IMG/VR virus record: IMGVR_UViG_3300013108_000417
Coordinates: 1 to 24,340 of that record
Length of the DNA: 24,340 bases
Reading direction: 5' to 3' (one strand)
From: a virus
Lineage: Duplodnaviria; Caudoviricetes
This document shows positions 6,568 to 15,382 of the stretch, one piece after another; positions within the stretch are counted from its first letter, which is position 1, and every line of letters starts with the position of its first letter. The notes under the pieces were generated by a model, which was not told the DNA's origin, ran no database searches, and saw only the letters and a program-made list of their open reading frames with translations. Both the position numbers and the translations under genes were made by a program.

Positions 6568-7608
6568 ATGGGTAGAAAGCGAGTACACGACAAGCATTTT
6601 CCAGCAAGATGGCGCAGAAATAAAGGCGTCATTTATTACATAGTCCCACCAGGTCAAGAGCATAACTGGCAAGGCAAAAAGTGGTTTCCATTGGGCAAGA
6701 CCGAAACAGAAGCTTATCGAACCTGGGCCGCTATGCTCGATAGTCATGGCGATTTAGAAACTATGAGTGATTTGTTTGATCGATACTTGCTAGAGCATAC
6801 GCCAACAGTAAGACCAAAAACCCAAGAGCATCATAGACGAGCAATCGCCAATCTTCGCAAAGTGTTTGGGGGTGTTCGTATCAGAGATTTCAAAAGCGCG
6901 TGGGCGTTTAGATACTACGACAAACGCAAGCAGGATGGCATTAGCGCAGCGAACACGGATTTAAAAGTGCTAAGCAACACGTTTACAAAGGCCATTGAAT
7001 GGGGCGCAATCGAGAACGGGCAACACCCAACCATGGGGCTAAGCATTAAAAAGTCGGATAATGTTCGTGATAGGTATGTCGAAGACTGGGAATTGCTTGA
7101 AGCGCTTAAAGCTGCCGATGATTGGATGGTTCTCTATATCGCTTTTAAGCTAATGACTGGAATGGATAAGAGTACGATTCTTTCGATAAAGCTTCAGGAT
7201 TTGAAAGAGGAAGGCATAGAAGCTGCCAGGCTTAAGACCAAAGGCAAAACCCGCGTCTATGAGTGGAACCCAGCATTGAAAGAATGCGTTGACACCATCA
7301 AAGCAATGCCCCGCCCTATTTCGTCTATGTGGCTATTCTGTGGCACCAAAGGCCAGCCGTACATTAACGATGAAGGTTACACAGATTCGTTTAATGGTAA
7401 ATGGCGCAGATTCATGAATAAAGCGCTATCAAAAACCGATCTAAAAGAGCGATTCACAGAGCATGACTTAAGAGCCAAAGCGGCCAGTGATTCCGATTCT
7501 TTAGAGTTTGCGCAAAGCCTGCTTGACCATAAATCAATGAAAATGACGCAACGTTACAGGCGCAAAAAAGAAGTCGTCAAGACCAGAAATATCAGGCTGG
7601 AAAGATAA
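6568..7608 (+). CDS. int: tyrosine recombinase / phage integrase
   Basis: Start at ATG 6568 (GAGG SD). Arm-binding-like N-terminus, HDLR, LLDH and QRY motifs. The first catalytic Arg position reads TGMD. Confidence 0.9.
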   Translation: MGRKRVHDKHFPARWRRNKGVIYYIVPPGQEHNWQGKKWFPLGKTETEAYRTWAAMLDSHGDLETMSDLFDRYLLEHTPTVRPKTQEHHRRAIANLRKVFGGVRIRDFKSAWAFRYYDKRKQDGISAANTDLKVLSNTFTKAIEWGAIENGQHPTMGLSIKKSDNVRDRYVEDWELLEALKAADDWMVLYIAFKLMTGMDKSTILSIKLQDLKEEGIEAARLKTKGKTRVYEWNPALKECVDTIKAMPRPISSMWLFCGTKGQPYINDEGYTDSFNGKWRRFMNKALSKTDLKERFTEHDLRAKAASDSDSLEFAQSLLDHKSMKMTQRYRRKKEVVKTRNIRLER

Positions 7609-7805
7609 TATTAGGCTATCGATCTCTGCAGCCGCGCCACGCAATGCATACACTCCCCATACACCCCCTAACTGGGGGGTTTAAAGAATGTGCGTTTTTG
7701 GTTGTTGAAACAATACCTTATAAACACAAAAAAGCCTAATAAAATAGAAGCTTACAACCGATGGAGACCGCATTACACCGTTACTTTTGTTCGCGTTATT
7801 AGGCT
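7588..7805. other. putative attP region with integrase arm-type repeats
   Basis: TATCAGGCT (7590-7598), TATTAGGCT (7609-7617), inverted AGCCTAATA (7733-7741) and TATTAGGCT (7797-7805). IHF-like AAACAATACCTTA at 7708-7720. Largely non-coding gap between int and the convergent tail genes. Confidence 0.65.
7663..7682 (+). terminator. GC hairpin downstream of int (possible terminator or part of att core)
   Basis: ACCCCC-TAACTG-GGGGGT followed by only a short T run. Confidence 0.35.
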
Positions 7806-7957
7806 GATTTTATAGAATGAATAGATCTACCCCGACCAAGAAATAATTGCTATTTATTAACGGAGCATAAGTCTATAAGGCATGCCAAGAAATAAAACAA
7901 TGCTCAAAATTCAAACAGGCGTGGCTTTGACCGCTTTGTGCTTCCTATTTATTTCGG

Positions 7958-8905
7958 TCATCTTGACATAGTGTCTCGCCAGCTGAAAGAAACTGGCATG
8001 ACACCGCTTGGACATGATCGAGATAAACTATCATTGCCTATGCGAATGTAATCGTCTTTGATTAACTTGTGAACTTCTTCGCCCGCTTCGTGCAAATCAA
8101 GCAGTTCTTCAGTCGCAGGCGGATCAAGCAAGATGATCGTGCCAACGTTTTTATCGTTAACAAACGGGTGTGGGATAATTTCCATATCTGCGTTTTTAAT
8201 ATCAGCATCAAAATTAACCAACTCTTTAGTAACGCGCTTTGTCGCTGGATCGATAGAGCGCACAAGCTTCTTTTTAATGCCGTTTTTTAGCACTACATCC
8301 GGTTGTGTATTGGTTGGTCCATTGTACAGCCAAGGCGGGGCGTCAGCTGCATAAGTCATAATAACCTTGCCCGATAGATCAAGTTTTGCAAAAAAGAAAA
8401 GCGGGACGTTGCCATCGCCCATATCCACCGGCGGGCTAGAGTTTATATAGCGCTGCCTTGCATACATATCCCGGTTGCCGCCGGAAGAACTTTGACCGTT
8501 CAGAAATATGTTTGTAATGTATGAAGTTGAGCCAAAAGTGAACGCTATTTGAGCGATAGATTCGTCACCGCTTGTCTCCGTTCGAACTTGCGGATAAAAG
8601 CCATATTCCCCGCCAGGCAAAACAAAATCACCGGCTGAGCCGGTAAGCGTTACCGTGCCGCTTGAAGTGTCTAATTCGCTTCTATGAACAGCACCGCTGG
8701 CAATTTCACTTTGCCCAACAGCGCTAGATGGTATCTTAGCCGCTGTTATTGAGTTATCCGCAATCGCTGCCGATTGAATTTGTGGTGCACCGCTCGCACC
8801 TTCTGCTATTGCTAGAGGGTTCTGGTCTAGCTTATCAATCAAGCCAACTGTTATTGGGCTGTCTGCGTCTTTTTCGGACGCACTGACTGCGCTATATGTT
8901 GCCAT
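7958..8905 (-). CDS. putative tail fibre/tail-tip protein
   Basis: Last gene of the late operon. NPLAIAEGASGAP motif, then ~10-aa repeats (IQSAAIADNS ITAAKIPSSA VGQSEIASGA VHRSEL) of the kind seen in phage fibres. Confidence 0.6.
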   Translation of the reverse strand: MATYSAVSASEKDADSPITVGLIDKLDQNPLAIAEGASGAPQIQSAAIADNSITAAKIPSSAVGQSEIASGAVHRSELDTSSGTVTLTGSAGDFVLPGGEYGFYPQVRTETSGDESIAQIAFTFGSTSYITNIFLNGQSSSGGNRDMYARQRYINSSPPVDMGDGNVPLFFFAKLDLSGKVIMTYAADAPPWLYNGPTNTQPDVVLKNGIKKKLVRSIDPATKRVTKELVNFDADIKNADMEIIPHPFVNDKNVGTIILLDPPATEELLDLHEAGEEVHKLIKDDYIRIGNDSLSRSCPSGVMPVSFSWRDTMSR

Positions 8906-8936
8906 ATGGAATGCTCACATTAAAAAAGGGGAAGTT

Positions 8937-10526
8937 TTAAAGGATCAAATAGGGGTCATCATCGGCCGCGCCAACTTTTTCCAGAGCGTCGGCTATCCAT
9001 CCATATTTGTTTTGATTTGCTATTGTTTCGCTGTCGTAATCAACAACCGTGTTAGGTGCTATTACTGGGTATCTGTTGCCCTGCTCCACACCTGAAAAAA
9101 CCATTTTGTATTTATATCGATTGTTTAAGGCTTGGGCCTTTTCTACAACCCGAAGCTTCACCGCCTGGGGCAGTCCATCAGTTCCTTGATAAAGGTCTGT
9201 TGTAATATCTACGGGATCACCAACGTCTAAATCACTGTCGCGGGCATCGACTGAAAGAATAAACTCTAACGGCGTGGCGTTTTGCGAAGTGATTCGGCTA
9301 GCAATTTTTGAAGCAGTTGCGCTTGCATTTGCGGGCAGATAATCAGCAAATATTTTTTTAATTTTAGGCTGGCCTAGCCCCGTTTCGGCTTCAGCATCAA
9401 CTTTTATATAAAGCTCTTTGTAATTATCTGCGTCATCACTGCCCGTTTGATTTCGCTTGCCATAATAAACCCAAACTTGTGTAATAATTTCGCGCTGATC
9501 GCGTTTAATCGTTACTTTATCGTCGAGTATATTCTCGTCGTCATTCCATGCGGTCGCACTGGTAAGCGTTGGGCCAATGGCTTTAAGCTTGATTTCCTGT
9601 GCAGCGTCATCCCACCATACATTGGTATATGTTTGTTTGCCGATTTTATCAATAACTTTATCCAGTTCAGTCGGCTCTGTCACCCATACTTCGACGTTTT
9701 CAGAACTTAAAAAATCATCGCGTTCTGTGTTCCAATCTGAATCAGGGATATATGACGCGTGATCGATTTCCGAATAGCTCTCGATAATTTCACGAATACA
9801 ATCAACAGAATTACCTGAGAAATAATAAATGTTTCTTACAGGGTCACCTGCATCATGAGACTCCGATTCTGTGCCGCCGATGCCTCTACTTGTGACGACT
9901 ATCGAATCTGCACCAGACAAACCGCTATATAATATTAATTCATCACCTATAATGGCTCTGCCGCCTGAAGCGTCAAAGCCTTCATTGTTTCCAATATTAA
10001 TCGTTCCGGTTGCGCTATTAGTTAATGAGCTTGCAAGGTTGCCATAACTAGCGGCGGGGATTTGCGATTCTTTTAACTGGCTTAAAACGTCGCTGGCTTC
10101 AAATCTAACAATTCGATTATGATCTGGCCCCGATACCTTTTTTATAAAATAGCGACGCTCTTGGAAGTCAGAAAAGCTAAAAGCATCACCCGGAGAGAAA
10201 TAGCCGACATGCGCTTTTAGTTGTCGGTTCAAAGTGTAAGGATTGCTAGCAAGCAATCGGCCAAAGTATGATCCCTCCCCATTCGGCCAATCGAAATCTT
10301 CGCACTTAACAACGATTTGCCCAAAATAACCTAAACCGCCGTCTTTTGAAGCGCGAGTAGGCACCCACTCAATTGATTTGATGCAAGGCCAAAAATGCTG
10401 GCCAATAGGTGTATAGCCATCACTGACATACTCGGTGCCACCTTCCGTTATTGTTGTATCTAGTCCAAGCTCTACAATATTAAGCGGCTCACGGCTTAAT
10501 GCGTCTCTATTTGCTTGATACGTCAT
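8937..10526 (-). CDS. tail-tip / baseplate hub protein
   Basis: 529 aa, second gene after the tape measure. Contains an RGIGGT...HDAGDPV motif common in tail hub proteins. Confidence 0.7.
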   Translation of the reverse strand: MTYQANRDALSREPLNIVELGLDTTITEGGTEYVSDGYTPIGQHFWPCIKSIEWVPTRASKDGGLGYFGQIVVKCEDFDWPNGEGSYFGRLLASNPYTLNRQLKAHVGYFSPGDAFSFSDFQERRYFIKKVSGPDHNRIVRFEASDVLSQLKESQIPAASYGNLASSLTNSATGTINIGNNEGFDASGGRAIIGDELILYSGLSGADSIVVTSRGIGGTESESHDAGDPVRNIYYFSGNSVDCIREIIESYSEIDHASYIPDSDWNTERDDFLSSENVEVWVTEPTELDKVIDKIGKQTYTNVWWDDAAQEIKLKAIGPTLTSATAWNDDENILDDKVTIKRDQREIITQVWVYYGKRNQTGSDDADNYKELYIKVDAEAETGLGQPKIKKIFADYLPANASATASKIASRITSQNATPLEFILSVDARDSDLDVGDPVDITTDLYQGTDGLPQAVKLRVVEKAQALNNRYKYKMVFSGVEQGNRYPVIAPNTVVDYDSETIANQNKYGWIADALEKVGAADDDPYLIL

Positions 10527-11281
10527 TCAATAAACCCCGACATATCAAGCTTCACGTTATAATAGTTATTAATGTTTTTGGCGTAAGAAGGCTGCGGCAT
10601 TTTCTTTGTCGGCCAACAATAAAAAACTTTTTGATTATCATCCCACAAAAAATAGATTGGCCGCTGCTTCATTGCTGCGACTATATTAGGCCAATCGGAA
10701 AAGAAGGTATCAGAATAATAGAAAAGATCAAACTTGGCTCGCTTCGGAAGCCGCTTAACAGTCAAGCCATTAAAATTTTGTCCGCGAGTTATATTAGCAG
10801 TCACGCTATCACTATCGACAAAATCAGGCTTGATAAAACCATGCTTTTGCGATCTTTCTAAATCCAGCTTTTTGCCGACCGAAATATTTGAAAAATATAG
10901 CGTCCCAGTGATTACGCACCAAATTCTATAATATCGGTGTGTAACTGCAGTAAATGTATCATAACCAATATATTTATTATCTTCTAAACGAATTGTGTTT
11001 GACACCTGAGTCCAAATTACCCCGTTGTCGCTTGCATATAGCCTGAAATCAGATGTACTCAAATCTGTTCCGTTATGGCCTTGGACTACAAAACAATCAA
11101 CCTCTTTATCCTCTCCGCAATCGAACTCAATGTGGTTTGTATCGAAAATACCGCCAGTAAAAGCCGTTTTTGTTGATGTTAAGCCGTCTACACAGTTTGA
11201 GCCAGGGAAGCCAGAAATGGAATCATCGGCGATTATTGTAGCATCGGATAAAACGTTTTCGCTTAAAATAAAACCCGGCAT
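10523..11281 (-). CDS. distal tail-like protein with discoidin (F5/8 type C)-like domain
   Basis: Follows the tape measure gene. NCVDG...IEFDCG...FRLYASDNGVIWT...HRYYRI pattern. Confidence 0.65.
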   Translation of the reverse strand: MPGFILSENVLSDATIIADDSISGFPGSNCVDGLTSTKTAFTGGIFDTNHIEFDCGEDKEVDCFVVQGHNGTDLSTSDFRLYASDNGVIWTQVSNTIRLEDNKYIGYDTFTAVTHRYYRIWCVITGTLYFSNISVGKKLDLERSQKHGFIKPDFVDSDSVTANITRGQNFNGLTVKRLPKRAKFDLFYYSDTFFSDWPNIVAAMKQRPIYFLWDDNQKVFYCWPTKKMPQPSYAKNINNYYNVKLDMSGFIE

Positions 11282-13089
11282 TATATATTTATCCTCACAT
11301 TCGATTCTTCGGCTTCGTTTATTTCGTCCACTATTTGGCGTAGTTGATTTTTAGTTAATAGCGCTTCATCTTCGATGTTCAGATTAACGTTTAAGGTTTT
11401 TTCTGGTTGTACTTCTTGCTCATTAATAAAAGAATCGTCGCTAGTTGGTGTGGTCAATGCTGGAACTGAAGCGCTAGCAACACCACCGCCACCGCCACCA
11501 CCACCACCGCCTCGAATTTGTTGCACATTTGCAAGCCCCGCTGCCAAATGCATAGCAGCAAATACCGCCGCTATAGGCATGGGATATGCAGCGAGCGATT
11601 GAGACACACCGCGATATGTATTTACAATGGCGTCTTTGATTGCAAAAGCTTTGTTAATCTTGGCTATGGTTTCATTGCCAGCGGCAACGCCAGCCGTTAA
11701 CTTTCTCCATGTACCTTCAGCAACTTGGTATTTCTGTTTGCCTGTTAGCGCTTCCCATTTGAGAGTTTTTTGATTGTGAAACCAGGTTTGCCTAAGAATG
11801 TTGTCTAAATACTTCTGTGTAAGCTTCTCGTCTAGCTTTCTAAATTTTTCTTTTTCGCCTTGCTCAAACAAAAGATTTTCAATGAGCATTTCCCGCTGTC
11901 TTAAATATGCCTCTTGCAAGACCTCTTCTTGTGTGAATAAGCTTTCCTCAATCTTATCAATCGGGTTTGGTTCGTCATTTGAATCTTCCCCGCCAAGACC
12001 AGGTATACCCAAAGGATTGTCGGAAGTGCCGCCTTCAGGGTTTTCGCCGCTTACAGCAACGCCTCCCTCCCCATAAAGCTCAGAGTAAATTTGTTTAATA
12101 TCATTTAGCTCTTCCTTAAACCCGGCAAATGATTCTTTCGCTAATTCCGCCGCGCTGCCTAGCTTTTCGCCATCTAAACTAAGCAAGCCCTCATAAGCTT
12201 CAATCCTAGCCTGGTTAAGATTCCACATCATAACAACCAAGCCAGACAAAGACTGAGCCGCCGCCGTAGCTGCAAACCCAATCCCTTTAACGGCATCCCC
12301 AAAAGTATCTAAATCTTCCGATAGGTCGGCGGGCTTGGCATCGCTAACAAAATTTATAGCTTCGGCTAACTCATTCAGAGGCTTAACAATGGAAATACCA
12401 AGCTTTGTGGTAACTCCATCAAGCCGCGCATTCATTCGGGTTAACTGGTCATTAAAATCAGCCGCCGCTTTGGCGTCTTCGTTCGATAATGTTTTACCTA
12501 GAGCAGACGCCTCCTTTCGCATAGCTTGGATGCCGCGCGCACCGTCGCCCATTGTCTGCACAAGGGCCACGCCTTCAGAGTCGAAGAACTTCATGGCTAA
12601 GCGAACCCGATCTCCTTCACTAGCTAATCCAGACAAAGCGTCTGCAATAACTTCAAATTGCTTTTCAGGTGCTAGTTGAGCGATACGCTCAGCACTAATG
12701 CCAAGCTCTTGCAAAGCAGGTACCGCCTCACCTTTACCCGTTGCCGCTGCTTCGCTTAGTCGGCGGGTCATCCGCTGCAAGCCCATCGTCATAGTGTTAA
12801 AGCTAACGCCCGACAAATCGGCAACGTGTTGCAGTTCGCTAAGTGCTTCGGTAGAAATCCCTAAACGCTGGCTAAGCTTTCCAATCTGGTCGGCGGCATC
12901 AACTGATTCCTTGACCATGTGCGCAAACATGCCAGTTGTTGCACCAACAAAAGCAGTTTTTAAAACCCGTCCCGCCATTTCTGTTTGTTTAGCAAAACCG
13001 TTTAAGCGCTTATTGGCTTTCTGTAATTCAGAAACCATTTGGGCACTATTTGCGGTCAGGTCAATTGCTAGGCTTGCTAGAGTTGCCAA
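11281..13089 (-). CDS. tail tape measure protein (602 aa, TTG start)
   Basis: MATLASLAIDLTANSAQM N-terminus, Ala-rich helical body, position after the tail chaperones, C-terminal Gly10 tract. Confidence 0.9.
   Translation of the reverse strand: MATLASLAIDLTANSAQMVSELQKANKRLNGFAKQTEMAGRVLKTAFVGATTGMFAHMVKESVDAADQIGKLSQRLGISTEALSELQHVADLSGVSFNTMTMGLQRMTRRLSEAAATGKGEAVPALQELGISAERIAQLAPEKQFEVIADALSGLASEGDRVRLAMKFFDSEGVALVQTMGDGARGIQAMRKEASALGKTLSNEDAKAAADFNDQLTRMNARLDGVTTKLGISIVKPLNELAEAINFVSDAKPADLSEDLDTFGDAVKGIGFAATAAAQSLSGLVVMMWNLNQARIEAYEGLLSLDGEKLGSAAELAKESFAGFKEELNDIKQIYSELYGEGGVAVSGENPEGGTSDNPLGIPGLGGEDSNDEPNPIDKIEESLFTQEEVLQEAYLRQREMLIENLLFEQGEKEKFRKLDEKLTQKYLDNILRQTWFHNQKTLKWEALTGKQKYQVAEGTWRKLTAGVAAGNETIAKINKAFAIKDAIVNTYRGVSQSLAAYPMPIAAVFAAMHLAAGLANVQQIRGGGGGGGGGGVASASVPALTTPTSDDSFINEQEVQPEKTLNVNLNIEDEALLTKNQLRQIVDEINEAEESNVRINI
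11482..11511 (-). repeat. poly-glycine (G10) tract in tape measure protein
   Basis: Ten consecutive GGT/GGC codons. Confidence 0.9.
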
Positions 13090-13399
13090 AATTTAACGCC
13101 TCTAAAATTTGAGCTTTCATTGATTTCTTTTTCTTCGGTTTGCCTGAAAAATCGGGCATAAAATCTTGAGGTTTAAAGGTCTTTGACTTGCTAGACGCGT
13201 TGCTATTTGCAATCACGCTCGCAATAATTCCCGCCCTCAAATCTGCCCGCTTTTCACCGAACGGGGCCAGCCGGTTATATGCCATTGCTTCGGCTATATC
13301 ACGACTAGTCATGATCTTTTCTAAAAGAGGAACCGGCCACCCGATCACCACCGCATATTCATGCAGAAATAAACGAGTAGGCCGGTTTTTTAGTTTCCC
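13061..13399 (-). CDS. tail assembly chaperone GT extension (gpT-like, -1 frame)
   Basis: Open -1 frame from the slippery site: GKLKNRPTRLFLHEYAVVIGWPVPLLEKIMTSRDIAEAMAY...PFGEKRADLRAGIIAS...DFMPDF. Confidence 0.8.
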   Translation of the reverse strand, partial: GKLKNRPTRLFLHEYAVVIGWPVPLLEKIMTSRDIAEAMAYNRLAPFGEKRADLRAGIIASVIANSNASSKSKTFKPQDFMPDFSGKPKKKKSMKAQILEALNFGNSSKPSN

Positions 13400-13764
13400 G
13401 CTAGTTCTTCAACGTCTTTTTCAGAAATGGCGTTAATCCGCTGGCAAGCTGAAAATATGCGATCTACAACCGCCGCCGATTTGCTGCCAAGGGCCTTAAC
13501 ATGCGCATCTGTTTTAAACATGCGGGAACCATCGGGGCCAATGACGCAAGCAGACACTAATTTGGCTCTGGCATTATCAAGATTTCTTTCGAAATCGCCT
13601 TCACTGTTAGTTGAGAACAAGCTTTGCTCGTAAGCGTCGCGGGCCTCTGCTGTCATGCTTCGAACGATTACAAAACTTTCCTCATTGCCCCACTCGGGAA
13701 TAAATACTTTTTGCTCGTCCGTGTCTTTAGCGTTCAGAATATCTTCAAGGTTTAAGTGTGCCAT
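13390..13764 (-). CDS. tail assembly chaperone (gpG-like)
   Basis: 124 aa between tail tube and tape measure genes, ending in the slippery sequence. Confidence 0.85.
   Translation of the reverse strand: MAHLNLEDILNAKDTDEQKVFIPEWGNEESFVIVRSMTAEARDAYEQSLFSTNSEGDFERNLDNARAKLVSACVIGPDGSRMFKTDAHVKALGSKSAAVVDRIFSACQRINAISEKDVEELAGN
13393..13399 (-). promoter_or_regulatory. -1 programmed frameshift slippery heptamer G GGA AAC
   Basis: GCG GGA AAC TAA at the end of the gpG-like gene (X XXY YYZ). The -1 frame joins ORF 13061-13351. Confidence 0.85.
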
Positions 13765-13767
13765 TTA

Positions 13768-14184
13768 TTACGCCCAAGTAGCCGCGCCAGAAATACGCAA
13801 AGCAACTTCCAGAGTTATTTTATCATCAACAGCCACGCCAATATTGAAGGTTTTAACGTATGCCGAGAAGCTAATAGTTGTTGGCCCCGCGTCAGTCAGA
13901 TCAAATTGAAAATTTTTTAATGTGTTTGAATCGCGTGAAGTTCTTAGCAAAGTTTGCTGAGTGTCGCCAGTGTCAAGACTTAGACTAACTGAAACTTCGC
14001 CCTCATCTTTCAAGCCCATCAAAAACTCCTTGCCCGTACTAGACAAGTTAGTCACATCGATTTCAGTCGATGAACCACCGCCTAAGCCAGACACGGAAAT
14101 CACTTCGCCGATAGCGTTAAATACTTCAGATCCAGCGCCGTCGCCAATTTTTAAAATAGCACCTTGAGACGTTAAAGCCGTCAT
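13768..14184 (-). CDS. major tail (tube) protein
   Basis: AIGEVISVSGLGGG...EIDVTNLSSTGKEFLMGLKDEGEV...LRISGAATW, a lambda/HK97-type tube pattern. Confidence 0.88.
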   Translation of the reverse strand: MTALTSQGAILKIGDGAGSEVFNAIGEVISVSGLGGGSSTEIDVTNLSSTGKEFLMGLKDEGEVSVSLSLDTGDTQQTLLRTSRDSNTLKNFQFDLTDAGPTTISFSAYVKTFNIGVAVDDKITLEVALRISGAATWA

Positions 14185-14215
14185 GTTTATACCTCTTTAG
14201 TTTTAAATATTGGCG

Positions 14216-14572
14216 TTAAAGCCAGATTGAAAAATCGAGAAAAATTGAATAGTTGCCGGTATCATCTTGAAAATCATCATCGGCCACCGCTGTACATACA
14301 GACTTTAAATCTGTTGCATTTGTTAGCGCGTCTTTCAATTGCGCTTTAATGTTTTCTAACTCTGAAAAGCTCGCGCCGTAAAGCTCGAACTCTGCTTCAT
14401 AATTCATGTCATTAGAGCTGCTAAGGCTGTTTTGTGGCTCTTCTGAAACCCTAAATAGAATTAGCGGATAGGTTGGGTTTTGGGGAATGCGTATCCTATA
14501 AATTCGAGACGCGACCAACCCCGCCAAACCAGTGTGAGCAGTTAGCGTGTTTAAAATAGTTTGTGCAGACAT
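14216..14572 (-). CDS. tail terminator/completion protein (DUF3168-like)
   Basis: LAGLVASRIY...PQNPTYPLI motif, directly before the tail tube gene. Confidence 0.78.
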   Translation of the reverse strand: MSAQTILNTLTAHTGLAGLVASRIYRIRIPQNPTYPLILFRVSEEPQNSLSSSNDMNYEAEFELYGASFSELENIKAQLKDALTNATDLKSVCTAVADDDFQDDTGNYSIFLDFSIWL

Positions 14573-15054
14573 TATTTAGTTAGCTTCTTTATTCGCTTTT
14601 TAAGATTCTTTTCAAATCGTTCAATAGCCTTTTCGTTACCTTCAGAATTCCAGGCTTTTATTAAAAATGGGTTAGGTTTCATTGTTCCCCTGAAGGCGTT
14701 TTTATAAGGTCTTTTTTTTCCTTTTCCTTTTGTGTAGCGAACATCAGTACCATCATGAACCAAGTGAGCATGGGGTGCCTTTTTAGAAATAACCGCTAGA
14801 GAAATGCCCGCCGCCGAATTTCCAGAAACGCCCCGCCCGTAAATAGTCCTTTTTAATGTTCTAGCGTTTCTATGGGAGCGCCTGGTAATAGCTTTTTTTA
14901 TTGATCCAGGCGCTAAGTTTTTGGCCCGCTTAAAAGCAGGCAGAGAGGCATTCATTAGCGCCCCTTTCAATTGCTTATGCCCCATCTCAGCGCCAAGCTT
15001 TACCAGTTGCCGCTCAAGCTCTTGCAAGCCTTCAACTCTTATATTCATTTCCAT
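14572..15054 (-). CDS. HK97 gp10-family neck protein
   Basis: VEGLQELERQL N-terminus, APHAHLVHDGT and MKPNPFL motifs. Confidence 0.85.
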   Translation of the reverse strand: MEMNIRVEGLQELERQLVKLGAEMGHKQLKGALMNASLPAFKRAKNLAPGSIKKAITRRSHRNARTLKRTIYGRGVSGNSAAGISLAVISKKAPHAHLVHDGTDVRYTKGKGKKRPYKNAFRGTMKPNPFLIKAWNSEGNEKAIERFEKNLKKRIKKLTK

Positions 15055-15380
15055 TAAATAAGCTCTAAGTAATTAAGCTGTATTTGCCGGTTAGCTTCGT
15101 TTGTGTTTGCGACACCTTGGATTTCAAAAACCCGTGTGCCATAAACCGCCCTATATTTAGAATCTAGGCGTTTCGTTTGATGGTCGAAACGAACAGTTAT
15201 AGAACCGCGAAGCGTTGCAAAGTCTTGATCATTTCTAAAAGATTCATCCCATGAAGCTGGAACAATGCTTGCCCACTTTTTGAAATGAGTTGTCCATGAT
15301 TTAACAAAACCGCCGTGTCCGTCCGAGGTTTCAGTCAATGATTGAAACTCTATTCGCTTATCTAGCTTGCCGCTCTGCAT
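15054..15380 (-). CDS. head closure / head-tail adaptor (SPP1 gp16-like)
   Basis: MQSGKLDKRIEFQ...DGHGG...W...WASI motif and position. Confidence 0.85.
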   Translation of the reverse strand: MQSGKLDKRIEFQSLTETSDGHGGFVKSWTTHFKKWASIVPASWDESFRNDQDFATLRGSITVRFDHQTKRLDSKYRAVYGTRVFEIQGVANTNEANRQIQLNYLELI

Positions 15381-15382
15381 GT

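Noticed and set aside
7620-7730. tRNA or tmRNA fragment as att core
   Set aside because: No T-arm (GTTCRA...CCA) or cloverleaf could be recognised, so the core remains unidentified.
7958-8905. Diversity-generating retroelement or invertible tail-fibre cassette
   Set aside because: No reverse transcriptase or invertase and no duplicated template/variable repeat visible in this window.
11375-13096. + strand ORFs, including a poly-Pro ORF, opposite the tape measure gene
   Set aside because: Antisense shadows; the poly-Pro is the reverse complement of the Gly10 tract.
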